A stretch of DNA of 64,000 nucleotides from Minisyncoccota bacterium (GTDB lineage Bacteria; Patescibacteriota; Minisyncoccia; UBA6257; 2-01-FULL-56-20), in the NCBI GenBank assembly GCA_025449695.1, contig JANWIW010000036.1, forward strand, positions 320 through 64,319, read 5' to 3'. Numbering within the stretch: position 1 is the stretch's first letter; every line of letters starts with the position of its first letter. The position numbers and the translations under genes are program-made. Positions 46,401 through 56,568 of this stretch are shown here, piece after piece. Below the pieces are notes generated by a model, which saw only the letters and a program-made list of their open reading frames with translations, did no database searches and was not told the DNA's origin.

Positions 46401-47021
46401 TCAGGATGACAGAGGAGCTGATTTTTTGGTTACTTCGTTCTTCTTCACGATGCCGTCGATCAAGCCGTACTTCACGGACTCGTCCGCGGTCAGGAAGTAA
46501 TCGCGGTCGGTGTCCTTCTCGATCTTCTGGAGCGGCTGTCCGGTGTGCCTGGCGAGGATCTGGTTCAGGCGGTCTTTCATCTTCAGGATCTGCCGTGCGC
46601 CTATTTCAATCTCCGTGGCCTGTCCGCCGATGCCCTCAATCATGACCTGGTGGATCAGAATCTCCGAGCTCGGCAACGCGAAGCGGCGCCCTTTGGCCCC
46701 TGCGGCGAGAAGCACCGCGCCCATAGAGGCGGCGAGTCCCACGCATATCGTGGACACCTCGGAGCGGACGTACTGCATCACGTCGTAGATCGCGAGGCCG
46801 GCCGTGACCGAGCCTCCCGGCGAATTGATGTAGAGCTTGATCTCTTTCTTCGGATCCTCGTATTCAAGGAAGAGCAACTGCGCCATGACGTTGTTCGCGA
46901 GCTGATCGGTGATCGGCCCCCCGAGGAAGATGATGCGTTCCTTCAAGAGGCGCGAGTAGATGTCATAAGCGCGCTCGCCGAACTGGGATTTCTCGATTAC
47001 GGTCGGGATCAGGTATTCCAT
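46401..47021 (-). CDS. clpP: ATP-dependent Clp protease proteolytic subunit
   Basis: Ser-His-Asp catalytic context ([14 protein letters not shown], ...HQ...), about 200 aa. The terminal LSS-stop is supplied by a CTGTCATCCTGAG repeat copy. Confidence 0.95.
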   Translation of the reverse strand: MEYLIPTVIEKSQFGERAYDIYSRLLKERIIFLGGPITDQLANNVMAQLLFLEYEDPKKEIKLYINSPGGSVTAGLAIYDVMQYVRSEVSTICVGLAASMGAVLLAAGAKGRRFALPSSEILIHQVMIEGIGGQATEIEIGARQILKMKDRLNQILARHTGQPLQKIEKDTDRDYFLTADESVKYGLIDGIVKKNEVTKKSAPLSS

Positions 47022-47025
47022 GGGG

Positions 47026-47058
47026 TAGTTTTTAGTTTCAAGTTTTTAGTTGCGAGTG
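47026..47058. repeat. tandem heptamer array in the clpP 5' leader
   Basis: tagtttttagtttcaagtttttagttgcgagtg (mRNA sense AACUAAAAACUUGAAACUAAAAACUACCCC-AUG). Confidence 0.85.
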
Positions 47059-47126
47059 GGGAAGCGACATGGCCCACCGCACTATGGTATAGGATTGGCA
47101 ATCAAATGGCAAGATTGCCAATTCCC

Positions 47127-47211
47127 TGTCATCCTGAGTGCAGCGAAGGACCTTCTGTGTTTGGGAGAAAAGAAGGTCCTTCGCCCGCCTGCTGGCGGTC
47201 TCAGGATGACA
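47127..47211. repeat. 85-bp palindrome of the CTGTCATCCTGAG family between hppA and clpP
   Basis: TGTCATCCTGAGTGCAGCGAAGGACCTTCT ... AGAAGGTCCTTCGC..CTCAGGATGACA. Nested inverted arms. Preceded by the TTGGCAAGATTGCCAA hairpin. Confidence 0.75.
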
Positions 47212-47226
47212 ATAGATACGGATGCT

Positions 47227-49236
47227 TTACCTCAGGAACCTGACCATGAGCAGGGCGACGATGTTCGCCACCTTGATCATGGGGTTCACCGCGGGGCCGG
47301 CCGTGTCCTTGTAAGGATCGCCTACCGTGTCCCCCGTCACCGCTGCCTTGTGGGCATCCGAGCCCTTGCCGCCGAAATTCCCGGCCTCTATGTATTTCTT
47401 GGCGTTGTCCCAGGCAGCGCCGCCGGAGGTCATGGAGAGCGCCACAAAGAGACCAGAGACGATGGTGCCCATCAGGAAGCCGCCGAGGGCGGCCGCGCCG
47501 AGGAACCAGCCGACCAGGATGGTGAGCACGATGGGCAGGAGGGCGGGCACGATCATCTGCCGCAGGGCGGCGCGGGTCACGATGTCCACCGCCTTGCCGT
47601 ACTCGGGCTTCCCGGTGCCTTCCATGAGCCCTTTGATCTCACGGAACTGCCGCCGGATCTCTTCTACGATGGCGCCCGCGGCCACGCCGACCGCCTTCAT
47701 GGCGATGGAAGCGAAAAGGTACGGCAGGGCTGCTCCGAGGAAGAGGCCGATGACCACCATCGGGTTCGAAAGCTCGAACACGGCTGCGATCGCGTACCGG
47801 GAAAGCTCGTCCGCGTACCCCGCAAAGAGTGCAACCGCCGCGAGGCCGGCAGAGGCGATGGCGTAGCCCTTGGTGACCGCTTTGGTGGTGTTCCCCACCG
47901 CGTCCAGGGCATCAGTGATCTTGCGCACATCCTCCGGCGCGCCGCTCATCTCCGCGATGCCGCCGGCGTTATCGGTGATCGGCCCGAAGGAATCTATGGC
48001 CACCACGATGCCGGCCACGGAGAGCATGGAGGTCGCCGCGAGAGCGATACCGTACACGCCGGTCAGGGCGTAGGCGCCCCAGATCCCTGCCGCGATCACG
48101 ATGATGGGCAGGAAGGTGGATTCCATGCCCACGGAAAGCCCCATGATGATATTCGTCCCGTGGCCGGAGTTGGATGCCTCAGCGATGGACTTCACGGGGC
48201 GGAACTTCTTTGAAGTGTAGTAATCGGTGATGAGCACCATGAGCGCGGTCACGGCGAGACCGATCAGGGTCGTATGGAATATCTGCTCGGGCCCCGGTCC
48301 GCTCGAGCCGGCGATATGAAAGGTCCGAGCAACCCACCAGAAGCCCGCGGCGGAGATGACGAGCGAGGCGATGAGGCCCTTGTAGAGGGCGCCCATGATG
48401 TTCCCGTCTTGTCCTGAGCCCGTCGAAGGGCTCTTGCCGATACGCACGAAGAGGCCGCCGACGAGGGAGGCCACGATCGCGACGGCGCCGAGGAGGAGGG
48501 GCAGCTCCAGAGGGAACGAGGTGAGCCGCGAACCGAGGAGGAGGGCGGCGGTGAGCGTCACGGCGTAGGTCTCAAAGAGGTCCGCGGCCATGCCCGCGCA
48601 GTCGCCGACGTTATCGCCCACGTTGTCGGCGATCACGCCGGGGTTCCGCGGGTCGTCCTCGGGAATGTTCGATTCCACCTTGCCTACCAAATCGGTACCC
48701 ACGTCCGCGGCCTTCGTAAAAATGCCGCCGCCGAGACGCGCGAAGACGGATATCAAGCTGGCGCCGAAACCGAGACCGATCAGGGCGCTCACGTCATGCG
48801 TGTACATGAAGAAACCCCCGACCGAGAGAAGGCCGAGGGCGACCACCAGATAGCCCGTCACCGAACCCGCCCGGAACGCGAGCGTGAGCGCCGCGCCGAG
48901 GCCCTTCCTGGCCGCTTCCGCGGTTTTGGAATTGGACCGGACGGCGACGTTCATGCCGATATAGCCAGCCAGGGCGGACGCCACTGCGCCAATCAGAAAG
49001 CCGGCAGCCGTCGTCCAGCCGAGGGCCCAGCCGATGATGAGGAAGAGGACGAGAGCCACGACCCCGACCGCCCGGTACTGGCGATTCAGGTAGGCCGAAG
49101 AGCCCTCCTGGATGGCCCGCGAGATGCGCACCATCTCTTCGTTGCCCGAACTGCGGCCCTTCAGCCACTGCATGATTCCCAAGCTCCACACCACCGCGAG
49201 CGCCACCGCGCCGTACACGAGAAATGAGGTAGACAT
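47227..49236 (-). CDS. hppA: K(+)-insensitive/H(+)-translocating membrane pyrophosphatase
   Basis: About 16 TM helices. [18 protein letters not shown] and the conserved acidic loops of V-PPases. Confidence 0.95.
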   Translation of the reverse strand: MSTSFLVYGAVALAVVWSLGIMQWLKGRSSGNEEMVRISRAIQEGSSAYLNRQYRAVGVVALVLFLIIGWALGWTTAAGFLIGAVASALAGYIGMNVAVRSNSKTAEAARKGLGAALTLAFRAGSVTGYLVVALGLLSVGGFFMYTHDVSALIGLGFGASLISVFARLGGGIFTKAADVGTDLVGKVESNIPEDDPRNPGVIADNVGDNVGDCAGMAADLFETYAVTLTAALLLGSRLTSFPLELPLLLGAVAIVASLVGGLFVRIGKSPSTGSGQDGNIMGALYKGLIASLVISAAGFWWVARTFHIAGSSGPGPEQIFHTTLIGLAVTALMVLITDYYTSKKFRPVKSIAEASNSGHGTNIIMGLSVGMESTFLPIIVIAAGIWGAYALTGVYGIALAATSMLSVAGIVVAIDSFGPITDNAGGIAEMSGAPEDVRKITDALDAVGNTTKAVTKGYAIASAGLAAVALFAGYADELSRYAIAAVFELSNPMVVIGLFLGAALPYLFASIAMKAVGVAAGAIVEEIRRQFREIKGLMEGTGKPEYGKAVDIVTRAALRQMIVPALLPIVLTILVGWFLGAAALGGFLMGTIVSGLFVALSMTSGGAAWDNAKKYIEAGNFGGKGSDAHKAAVTGDTVGDPYKDTAGPAVNPMIKVANIVALLMVRFLR

Positions 49237-49240
49237 CGGA

Positions 49241-49280
49241 CAGTTGTTAGTTTTTAGTTTGTAGTTGTTAGTGTAACAAA
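49241..49280. repeat. tandem heptamer array in the hppA 5' leader
   Basis: cagttgttagtttttagtttgtagttgttagtgtaacaaa. Confidence 0.85.
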
Positions 49281-49354
49281 GTATTGCGCCATCCTCTGTT
49301 GAAGTTTGTCCGCGGACGGAATCAGCGATGATTTCGTACCCTGATCCTCAAGCC

Positions 49355-50644
49355 TCAAACTGCATCATGCGTCGAAGGCGGCTCCATCTTCTCTTCGTTG
49401 TCGCGCGCTTCCGCCACGTCCGCTTCCGGCGCCTCAACGTCCCCCGCCACGCCGCCCTCCTGGGTTTCATCGGGGCGCGATTCGGAGCGGATATCTATCT
49501 TCCAGCCGGTCAGCTGGGCGGCCATGCGCACGTTCTGCCCGCCGCGGCCGATGGCGAGCGAGAGCTGGTCCTCCGGCACGTACACGCGGCACTCGCGCCG
49601 GGGCAGGATCTCCACGCGATCCACTTTCGCGGGCGAGAGGGCGTTCGCGATGAACGCCTCTGGGCTGTCCGCCCATTCGATGATGTCGATTTTCTCGTTG
49701 CCGAGCTCGTTGTTTACGGCCATGACGCGGGTGCCCCGCTGGCCGACGCACGCGCCGATGGGGTCCACGCCCTCCGAGTTCGAGGCCACTCCGATCTTGG
49801 TGCGGCTGCCCGGCTCGCGGGTGATGGCCTTGATCTCCACGGTGCCTTCGGCGATCTCCGGCACTTCCAGTTCAAAGAGTTTGCCCACGAAGCGCGGATG
49901 CGAGCGGGACAGGATGATGCCCGGCAGGCGGGTGTCCTCCTGCACGGCCACCACATAGAAACGCAGGCGCTCTCCCTGGCGATAGCGCTCGCCGGGGATG
50001 CTCTCGCTCGCGAACATGACCCCGACCGCGCGGCCGAAATCCACGTAGACGTGCCCGCGCTCGAAGCGCTGGACCACGCCGGAAACGATCTCCCCTTCCC
50101 GGCCCCGCCATTCGTTCAGGATGGATTCGCGCTCCGATTCACGGAGCTTCTGGAGCACCGTCTGCTTGGCGATCTGCGCCGCGATGCGGCCGAAATCCTC
50201 ATGCGCCTCGAGCGGGAAGGTGATCTCCTCCCCCAGTTCCGCATCCGCTTTTATCTCCTTCGCCTCGGCGAGCATGATGTGACGCTCCGGGTTATACCGG
50301 GGCAGCTGGCCCTCCTCGGGCACTTCCTGCTGCTGCGGCATCTCCCGGTCTCCCATCTTGCGGGCCTCGTCCGCCCGGGCATTGCCCTCGGCTTCCGCCG
50401 CGATCTCCTCTTCGCTCGGAATGCGGACGGTGGATTCATCCACCACGGTCTTCACGCGCCAGAACTGCACCTCGCCTGTCTTCCAGTCCATCTTGGACCT
50501 GACCACCTCGCCGCGCGTGCCGTACTCGCGCTTGTATGCGGCCGCGAGCGACGATTCGATCGCTTCGATGACCTGCTCCGGCTGGAGCCCTTTCTCCTCG
50601 GCCACCTGCTTCGCGGCCTTCATTATGTCTTTGACGTTGAACAT
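49355..50644 (-). CDS. nusA: transcription termination/antitermination factor NusA
   Basis: N-terminal RNAP-binding domain, S1 domain, two KH domains (GxxG loops), acidic C-terminal tail. Confidence 0.95.
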   Translation of the reverse strand: MFNVKDIMKAAKQVAEEKGLQPEQVIEAIESSLAAAYKREYGTRGEVVRSKMDWKTGEVQFWRVKTVVDESTVRIPSEEEIAAEAEGNARADEARKMGDREMPQQQEVPEEGQLPRYNPERHIMLAEAKEIKADAELGEEITFPLEAHEDFGRIAAQIAKQTVLQKLRESERESILNEWRGREGEIVSGVVQRFERGHVYVDFGRAVGVMFASESIPGERYRQGERLRFYVVAVQEDTRLPGIILSRSHPRFVGKLFELEVPEIAEGTVEIKAITREPGSRTKIGVASNSEGVDPIGACVGQRGTRVMAVNNELGNEKIDIIEWADSPEAFIANALSPAKVDRVEILPRRECRVYVPEDQLSLAIGRGGQNVRMAAQLTGWKIDIRSESRPDETQEGGVAGDVEAPEADVAEARDNEEKMEPPSTHDAV

Positions 50645-50694
50645 GCTTCTATTGTTATTGAGTTGTTATTTAATTTTGATGACCTTTATGCAGG

Positions 50695-50770
50695 GTTCTA
50701 ACTGTTGTAACCGTTGTAATTGTTCTAATGAAACAGGTAGAACAATGACAACATTTCCGATAACTAAAAC
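50695..50770. repeat. degenerate short-period tandem repeats (GTTGTAA/GTTCTAA units) in the nusA 5' leader
   Basis: gttctaactgttgtaaccgttgtaattgttctaatgaaacaggtagaacaatgacaac. Confidence 0.7.
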
Positions 50771-50850
50771 CCCCTTTTAAAGCGACAACCGCTCGTAGTG
50801 AGCGGTGTATGGGGCCATCATACGCTTCCAAGCCGCTTTGTCAAGCTGAA

Positions 50851-51497
50851 CTAGAATTTCTTTATGAAATCTCTCAGCTCCTGATTGTGGTTGTTCAAAT
50901 AAAAATTCATGTCTTCAGTGAACGTGCCCGGAAATTTCTTCATTTCGCTCTCTAGCTCATCTAACGAGTACCACAGTACCCCCTTTGCCTCGCGATCCAC
51001 GGGACGGATCCGCCCATTGTAAAGCCCCAAGTAGGTGTGCAATTTGTTCGCAATCTGAATATTTCACCATCGATGTTTCTTGTGAGTACTTGGATGTCGT
51101 CGTGATGGTGCTCGATAATGGCAATGGTTTCTAGGTAGTCATTCAATAACGACTTTGTTTTCTCGAAGCTAAGCTTTCCCCTGAGAACAACTGAAGGTAC
51201 CTGCAGCTCCTGTACGGTTTCTACCATAACGGCGTAGTCGGGAGTGTCACCAAAACGAATGTGCCCGCCTATCGACTTGTCGAGCAATCCGGGATTGTGA
51301 CTCTTTTCGAAAGATCTCTTCTGAATCAAAAGTTCATGATGCGAGTTAAATATAAAAACCGCGATAATGTCTGCCGCCTTAGTAGGCTCACCCGTAGTTT
51401 TGAAAGCCTCGACCTGCTCTCTATAAAACTCGGCGCGATCCATCGGGAACTCCTCATTTGGATCCGTCAGGGAACGCACGATGACTGTCTCGCTCAT
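50851..51497 (-). pseudogene. NUDIX hydrolase, frameshifted
   Basis: Nudix box GGHIRFGDTPDYAVMVETVQELQV lies in ORF 50961..51497. The protein continues in another frame (50851..51042: ...GVLWYSLDELE...) with the shift at a short A-run near 51043..51047. Confidence 0.5.
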
Positions 51498-51552
51498 GGA
51501 TACATGATAACAGGACCGGCTTGATCACTCGTTCTGGCGAGGCATAAGAGCC

Positions 51553-52299
51553 TCATTGCTTGTCGCTCCACTCTTTCTCCGCCTCGCGCACGAGGGCCAG
51601 ATATTGATCGTTCTTGAACAATGCCGCGACGACCTCACCCCCGAGCTGTTTGCCGGCAGCGCTGTCGGTCGGATAGTGAACTCCCGCCAGTTCACGATGA
51701 TAGGCCACCGCGTCGGCAAACTGCATCCATGCTTCCGCTCTTGCCGGTATTAGGCGGCTGAGCGCCGAAGCCACCGCGTGCGTCTGTCCCGCATGCGCGC
51801 TCGGATAGGCGGGATGGTGGGGCACCGGAATGGCCGGAGTGATGCGAGGATCCACTTGGTGCGGGCGGGCGCGTGAGTAATGCTTTTTCTCCCTCAGAAG
51901 AAACCACCCGGTTTCCGCAGCGGTCGCGTTGATGAGTTCCATGGTTCTCGGCATCTTGTAGGGATCCAACCCGAACTCGCTCAAAAAGAAAGGCATCGGG
52001 TTCTTCGCTTCCTTCTCTATGATCGCCACGTCCGCAGAAGTTCTCTTCGCCTGAATATCCAGCATGTACGCTACTTCCGTCTTGGTCGTGGGCGAGCCGG
52101 AGAAAGGCGCAGGGGGAATTCTTATCAGAAGGTCTGCCGGGAGGTAATGCGGTCCCCTGTTTAAATCTTCCACGAGGACAGGGTCCCAGTCCGCTGCGGA
52201 GTAAAGGAGGTTGTCCGAGTGTGAGGCGTTGCGATAAGCAACGATCGCTAGAGCGATACCGAAAAGAAGGGCTGCCACTACGATCCATTTCCTTCGCAT
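51553..52299 (-). CDS. PAP2-superfamily phosphatase (class A acid phosphatase-like), secreted/membrane-anchored
   Basis: Signal/TM start. The three PAP2 motifs YSRARPHQ (KxxxxxxRP), YPSAHA (PSGH), HRELAGVHYPTDS (SRxxxxxHxxxD). Confidence 0.7.
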   Translation of the reverse strand: MRRKWIVVAALLFGIALAIVAYRNASHSDNLLYSAADWDPVLVEDLNRGPHYLPADLLIRIPPAPFSGSPTTKTEVAYMLDIQAKRTSADVAIIEKEAKNPMPFFLSEFGLDPYKMPRTMELINATAAETGWFLLREKKHYSRARPHQVDPRITPAIPVPHHPAYPSAHAGQTHAVASALSRLIPARAEAWMQFADAVAYHRELAGVHYPTDSAAGKQLGGEVVAALFKNDQYLALVREAEKEWSDKQ

Positions 52300-52378
52300 C
52301 CCAACACTTTACAGTCCTTATGTGAAAAATGCTAAAATCCTGGCGCGCGAAACGGTTTTGTCTCATCACTGGCCGCAC

Positions 52379-52765
52379 TTACACATTCTGATAATGATTT
52401 ATTACACAATCTTTCTCTTGCTTAGACAGTGTTATCGTAATGGCATCCACTCGCCATCCTATCTTGTGGACGAGCTGGGGATTGCTATTGGCAAACATGT
52501 GGGCAAGTCTGTGTACCCGGTCTAACTTCTTCTGGGTAAGATGGTCCTCTGGACGAAGATATTTATGGTCACGCAAGGCTTTCACCTCGATAAATACAAG
52601 CGTCCCGTCAAAATCACGAGCAATCAGATCGATCTCGCCCAATTTTGTCCTGTAATTCTTGTGGAGAATAGTCCAACCCAGGTTTTTCAGGAAGTCGGCG
52701 GCAAGGTTTTCACCATGTTCTCCCACATTTGTCCCCAATTTGCGCTTTTCTCGATCCAGAAACAT
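52379..52765 (-). CDS. yraN: YraN family (UPF0102) endonuclease-like protein
   Basis: GEIDLIARD...TLVFIEVKAL core. The start was moved to MFLDREKRKLG because the longer ORF overlaps the divergent gene. Confidence 0.7.
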   Translation of the reverse strand: MFLDREKRKLGTNVGEHGENLAADFLKNLGWTILHKNYRTKLGEIDLIARDFDGTLVFIEVKALRDHKYLRPEDHLTQKKLDRVHRLAHMFANSNPQLVHKIGWRVDAITITLSKQEKDCVINHYQNV

Positions 52766-52804
52766 TTTTAGTATGTAATTCAACAAACACCGACCAACAA
52801 TGTA

Positions 52805-53236
52805 ATGGATTTTATGACTTATGATTATATTCGAGGACTTATAGAGAGAGAAGGCAGTTTCACGTTTTCCACAAATTACTCTCAAGAAAGAAAGGTGCCT
52901 GCCTTCTCCATATCAATGCATATCCGTGATAAAAATCTCCTAGAGGAGGCTAGGAATAGATTGGGACTCAAAAATAAGGTCTACAGCTACGATTATTCGG
53001 GCAAGGGGAGACTTGGCAAGGGGCCTATGTCATTTCTAATCGTTCGTGAGTTTTTATCGCTAAGGAATATCATCATCCCGCTTTGTTTCAATAGACTCCC
53101 AGGCAATAAAGGCCGCCAATTTGACCAATGGCTCGATAAGATCGAGATAGATCCAATGGTTTCAAACAGATTTAAAGTCCTCGCATATCTCCGAAAGCAT
53201 GGCTTTTATGAGAAACTAAGAGGAAGGTTCATTTAA
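52805..53236 (+). CDS. free-standing LAGLIDADG homing-endonuclease-like protein (single motif, 143 aa)
   Basis: YIRGLIEREGSFTFS (LAGLIDADG-type motif), then the FSISMHIRDKNLLEEARNRLGLKNKVY block typical of LAGLIDADG_1. About 40% GC in a 60% GC context. Confidence 0.55.
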   Translation: MDFMTYDYIRGLIEREGSFTFSTNYSQERKVPAFSISMHIRDKNLLEEARNRLGLKNKVYSYDYSGKGRLGKGPMSFLIVREFLSLRNIIIPLCFNRLPGNKGRQFDQWLDKIEIDPMVSNRFKVLAYLRKHGFYEKLRGRFI

Positions 53237-53414
53237 GTCTTTGCTGTGCTTGTTCGTCGCCAAACAATTTGTTTGTCGCCAAACAATCGGAAAAACATTT
53301 TTGTTTGTCAGGATTTAGGCTTATTTTGATGGTTCGGCAGCCTTTCCTGAAAGTTCGGCAATTGCCGGATTGCTTCATTGCGTCCCCTTTATACATTCAG
53401 GTAGAATTATCCCC

Positions 53415-53762
53415 ATGTTGACCGACCAAGAGATTGCAATGTATACACGGAGGCTTGAGGCGGAGCGGGAAAGGCTTTTGAAGGAGATTGGAGTCGACTC
53501 CGAGCCCCATAACCAGGGCAACGACGTGACCAAGGCAGGAGATGAAGAGGCGGATGAGGCGGAGGACTTCTCTAACAAGCTGGCCATTGCCCAGACCCTG
53601 CGGGACGAAGTGCAGGAGATCGATGCGGCCCTGGAGAAGATTCGCAAGGGAACCTACGGGAATTGCGAAAAGTGCGGCCTCGAGATACCGAAGCCCCTCT
53701 TGAGCATCGCCCCCGAATCCATCCTCTGCGAGAAGTGCAAGCTGGAAACGGAGAGGAATTAG
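53415..53762 (+). CDS. DksA/TraR-family C4 zinc-finger protein
   Basis: C-terminal GTYGNCEKCGLEIPKPLLSIAPESILCEKC (CxxC...CxxC), preceded by a coiled-coil with acidic tip residues. Confidence 0.75.
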   Translation: MLTDQEIAMYTRRLEAERERLLKEIGVDSEPHNQGNDVTKAGDEEADEAEDFSNKLAIAQTLRDEVQEIDAALEKIRKGTYGNCEKCGLEIPKPLLSIAPESILCEKCKLETERN

Positions 53763-53810
53763 TAATTGGTACTTAGGAACTACGAAGTCCTAGTTGTTGA
53801 TTACTGATAC
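53761..53810. repeat. degenerate heptamer-type repeat patch
   Basis: agtaattggtacttaggaactacgaagtcctagttgttgattactgatac. Confidence 0.6.
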
Positions 53811-53850
53811 CTTTTATCTTTTTTTGAGCTAGATTGGTCACAATTGCGAC

Positions 53851-55383
53851 ATGGGTGCGACTGTCGCCAAGATCCTCTCTGCGGAACTGGAAGGAGTGTC
53901 CGCGAATCTGATAGAAGTGGAGGTAGATCTGAACGCCGGGGGAGTGCCTGCGATCGCTATCGTCGGATTGGCGGACAAGGCGGTCGGGGAGGCGAAGGAA
54001 CGGGTGAATTCCGCGCTCGCCAATACCGGCGTGAAACCGCCGAACCGGGAGAATCGCCGGATTACCGTGAACCTCGCGCCGGCGGACGTGAAGAAGACCG
54101 GCTCGCACTATGACCTGGCCATCGCGATCGGCTATCTGCTCGCAACGGCACAGGTGTTGCCTTTCAGAACGGAGGAAGCGGTCTTCGCCGGAGAGCTTGC
54201 CCTCGACGGGCGGTTGCGGCCGGTTCCCGGCGCCCTGGCCATCGCGGAGATGTGCGCGAGGCTTAAAATCGCGTGGCTCTACCTTCCCCGCGAGAACGCG
54301 AACGAAGCGAGCGCCATCGATGGCGTGAAGGTTATTCCACTGGCCAACCTGCGGCAGGGGATCGATGTGCTCGAAAAAAGAACGGTCGTACTGCCGCATA
54401 CGATGATGGCGATAGAGAGCGCGCGAAGGCATATCCCCGATCTTTCCGAGATAAAAGGGCAGGGGCATGCCAAACGTGCGCTCATGATATCCGCGGCCGG
54501 AGGACACAACGTGCTCTTGACCGGTCCGCCCGGAGCGGGGAAGAGCCTGCTCGCGCAGGCACTGGTCGGGATACTGCCCGAACTTTCGCGCATGGAATCC
54601 ATCGAGGTCACGAAGATATGGAGCGCGGGCGGTCAGATGCCGCACGGATTGATTGCCGAACGCCCTTTTCGCGCGCCGCATCAGACCGCGTCTCTTGCCG
54701 CGGTGATCGGGGGAGGCGGCGATCCGAGACCTGGCGAGATCAGCCTGGCCCATCGGGGTGTGCTCTTCCTGGACGAGCTGCCGGAGTTTCCGCGCGCGGT
54801 CCTTGAAGCGCTGCGCGCGCCCTTGGAGGATGGCGTGGTCCGCATATCCCGGGTGCGCGGCACGCTGCTCTTCCCCGCACAATTTGCCCTGGTCGCCGCG
54901 ATGAACCCTTGTCCCTGCGGTTACTTCGGCGACCCGGAGAAAGACTGCCGGTGCGCGGCCTATGAGGTCATGCGCTACCAAGGCAGGATTTCCGGGCCTT
55001 TATTGGACCGCATCGACCTCCAGATCCATCTACCGCGGGTGGCGACCGCGGTCCTGCGGGAGCATGCACCGGACAGAGGTTCGGAGAGCCGGACCGCAAA
55101 ACAGCATGTGGAAGCGGCGCGGGCGGCGCAGCTTGCGCGCTTTCGCGGCCACTCCCGGGGCATCGTTTCCAATGCGGAGATGTCTGCGAGGGATACCGAA
55201 GGCGCCCTGCCGCTCGAGCGTGATGCGGAACGGTTCCTGGATACACTCTCGGAGAAAAACCTTTCCCCGCGGGGCTACTATCGTCTTCTCAAGACCGCGC
55301 GGACAATCGCCGATCTGGACGGCATGGAAAAGACAACCTCGGCACATCTGGCCGAAGCGTTCGGGTATCGCGTACGGGAATAG
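53851..55383 (+). CDS. comM: YifB/ComM-family Mg-chelatase-like AAA+ ATPase
   Basis: N-terminal Lon-like domain, Walker A LLTGPPGAGKS, sensor/arginine finger regions. 510 aa. Confidence 0.9.
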   Translation: MGATVAKILSAELEGVSANLIEVEVDLNAGGVPAIAIVGLADKAVGEAKERVNSALANTGVKPPNRENRRITVNLAPADVKKTGSHYDLAIAIGYLLATAQVLPFRTEEAVFAGELALDGRLRPVPGALAIAEMCARLKIAWLYLPRENANEASAIDGVKVIPLANLRQGIDVLEKRTVVLPHTMMAIESARRHIPDLSEIKGQGHAKRALMISAAGGHNVLLTGPPGAGKSLLAQALVGILPELSRMESIEVTKIWSAGGQMPHGLIAERPFRAPHQTASLAAVIGGGGDPRPGEISLAHRGVLFLDELPEFPRAVLEALRAPLEDGVVRISRVRGTLLFPAQFALVAAMNPCPCGYFGDPEKDCRCAAYEVMRYQGRISGPLLDRIDLQIHLPRVATAVLREHAPDRGSESRTAKQHVEAARAAQLARFRGHSRGIVSNAEMSARDTEGALPLERDAERFLDTLSEKNLSPRGYYRLLKTARTIADLDGMEKTTSAHLAEAFGYRVRE

Positions 55384-55389
55384 CCGTGA

Positions 55390-55740
55390 CTATGTTTCGT
55401 GCGCTTGATCGAAAAGCCTGTTGTCTTTGCGCTCCCTTTCATGCCTCAGGTGCAACTGCTCGAAATCTTCCTCGGAACCGTCGAAGAGAGGCTTTTGGTC
55501 TGCGCCCAGTATTCTGACCCTCGCTTCGCCCTGATCCACATAATGTTCCGGAGTAAACGCCTTCAAATCGATGCCTTCGAAGAGCGCGTTGCGAGCCCGC
55601 GCATCGGCAATGTATTCGCTCATCTTATAATCGACGCTTAGTACGCGTCTTAACTGTTCTTCTGCATCCTTGATGCGAGTCTCTGCAGACTCATCTGCAC
55701 TTCGCCAAGGCCCTACGCTATGTTCGAAGTGTTCTCCCAT
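55390..55740 (-). CDS. hypothetical protein (116 aa)
   Basis: ORF only. Acidic, no motif. Confidence 0.35.
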   Translation of the reverse strand: MGEHFEHSVGPWRSADESAETRIKDAEEQLRRVLSVDYKMSEYIADARARNALFEGIDLKAFTPEHYVDQGEARVRILGADQKPLFDGSEEDFEQLHLRHERERKDNRLFDQAHET

Positions 55741-55768
55741 GTCCAGTTGGCAAAAAGAAGACGGCCTC

Positions 55769-56461
55769 TTATTTCTTCGCGAAAGGATTCGTCGCGCCTT
55801 TCACCTCGAAATGGAGATGGCAGCCGGTGGCGCCGGTCGTGCGCCCCGAGTTGCCTATGGCGCCGATCTGCTCGCCCTGATCCACGCTGTCGCCGACCAG
55901 GACCGTGACCTGTGAAAGATGGGAGTACTTGGTCGCCGTCCCGTTCGGGTGTTCGATGTCCACGAAATTGCCGTAACCGCTATTCCAGTTTCCGGATCCG
56001 TCCGCTCCGGTGACCACGCCCTGGGCGGCGGCAATCACCCGCGTGCCGCAAACATTCGCGACGTCCACTGCGTTATGGGGGTGCAGTACGCCCCAGTTGA
56101 TGCCGGACGTGGGTTGGATAAAGTAGCGCTGCAGGCGAGGAAGGTTTTTGGGAGCTTCCTCGGCCGCCGAGCCGCCATCGTCCGGAACGGAGGGAGGGGG
56201 AGGCACGGTCAACCCTTCGGCGGGGGATGAAAGCGCTATAAAAGAGGCTTCCGCCTCGCCCATGCTCGCTTCCGCGTCATGATGGTGGTGTTCCTCCCCG
56301 GGAGCTATGGAGGCCACCCCGGCCAGGCTGGGCTCGGAGGCTGCGGTTGCAAGATCGGGCTCAAGGCCGGGACCGCCCAATATGCCGACGCCGCCCTTCT
56401 CCAGAGCGGCGGCTTGGCTGTGGGAGGCCAAGAAGCGCCCTCCCAAGACCATCATGACCAA
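55769..56461 (-). CDS. M23 family (LytM-type) metallopeptidase
   Basis: HxxxD...GxxVxIxHxNGxxTxYxHL...GxxVxxGxxIGxxGxSGxxTGxHLHFE pattern read in the C-terminal half. N-terminal hydrophobic anchor. Confidence 0.75.
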   Translation of the reverse strand: MVMMVLGGRFLASHSQAAALEKGGVGILGGPGLEPDLATAASEPSLAGVASIAPGEEHHHHDAEASMGEAEASFIALSSPAEGLTVPPPPSVPDDGGSAAEEAPKNLPRLQRYFIQPTSGINWGVLHPHNAVDVANVCGTRVIAAAQGVVTGADGSGNWNSGYGNFVDIEHPNGTATKYSHLSQVTVLVGDSVDQGEQIGAIGNSGRTTGATGCHLHFEVKGATNPFAKK

Positions 56462-56568
56462 AAGAAAGGCGATTCCTAGGGAGAGCGCCTTTTGGGAGGA
56501 CCTAAATTGGCGTACAATCGTACTAATAGAGAAAGTATAGCATATTCTTCACTCGAACTTCATTCCGT

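Noticed and set aside
47050-48213. 387-aa plus-strand ORF
   Set aside because: Antisense to the H+-pyrophosphatase gene.
49328-50701. 457-aa plus-strand ORF
   Set aside because: Antisense to nusA.
53773-54981. 402-aa minus-strand ORF
   Set aside because: Antisense to comM/yifB.
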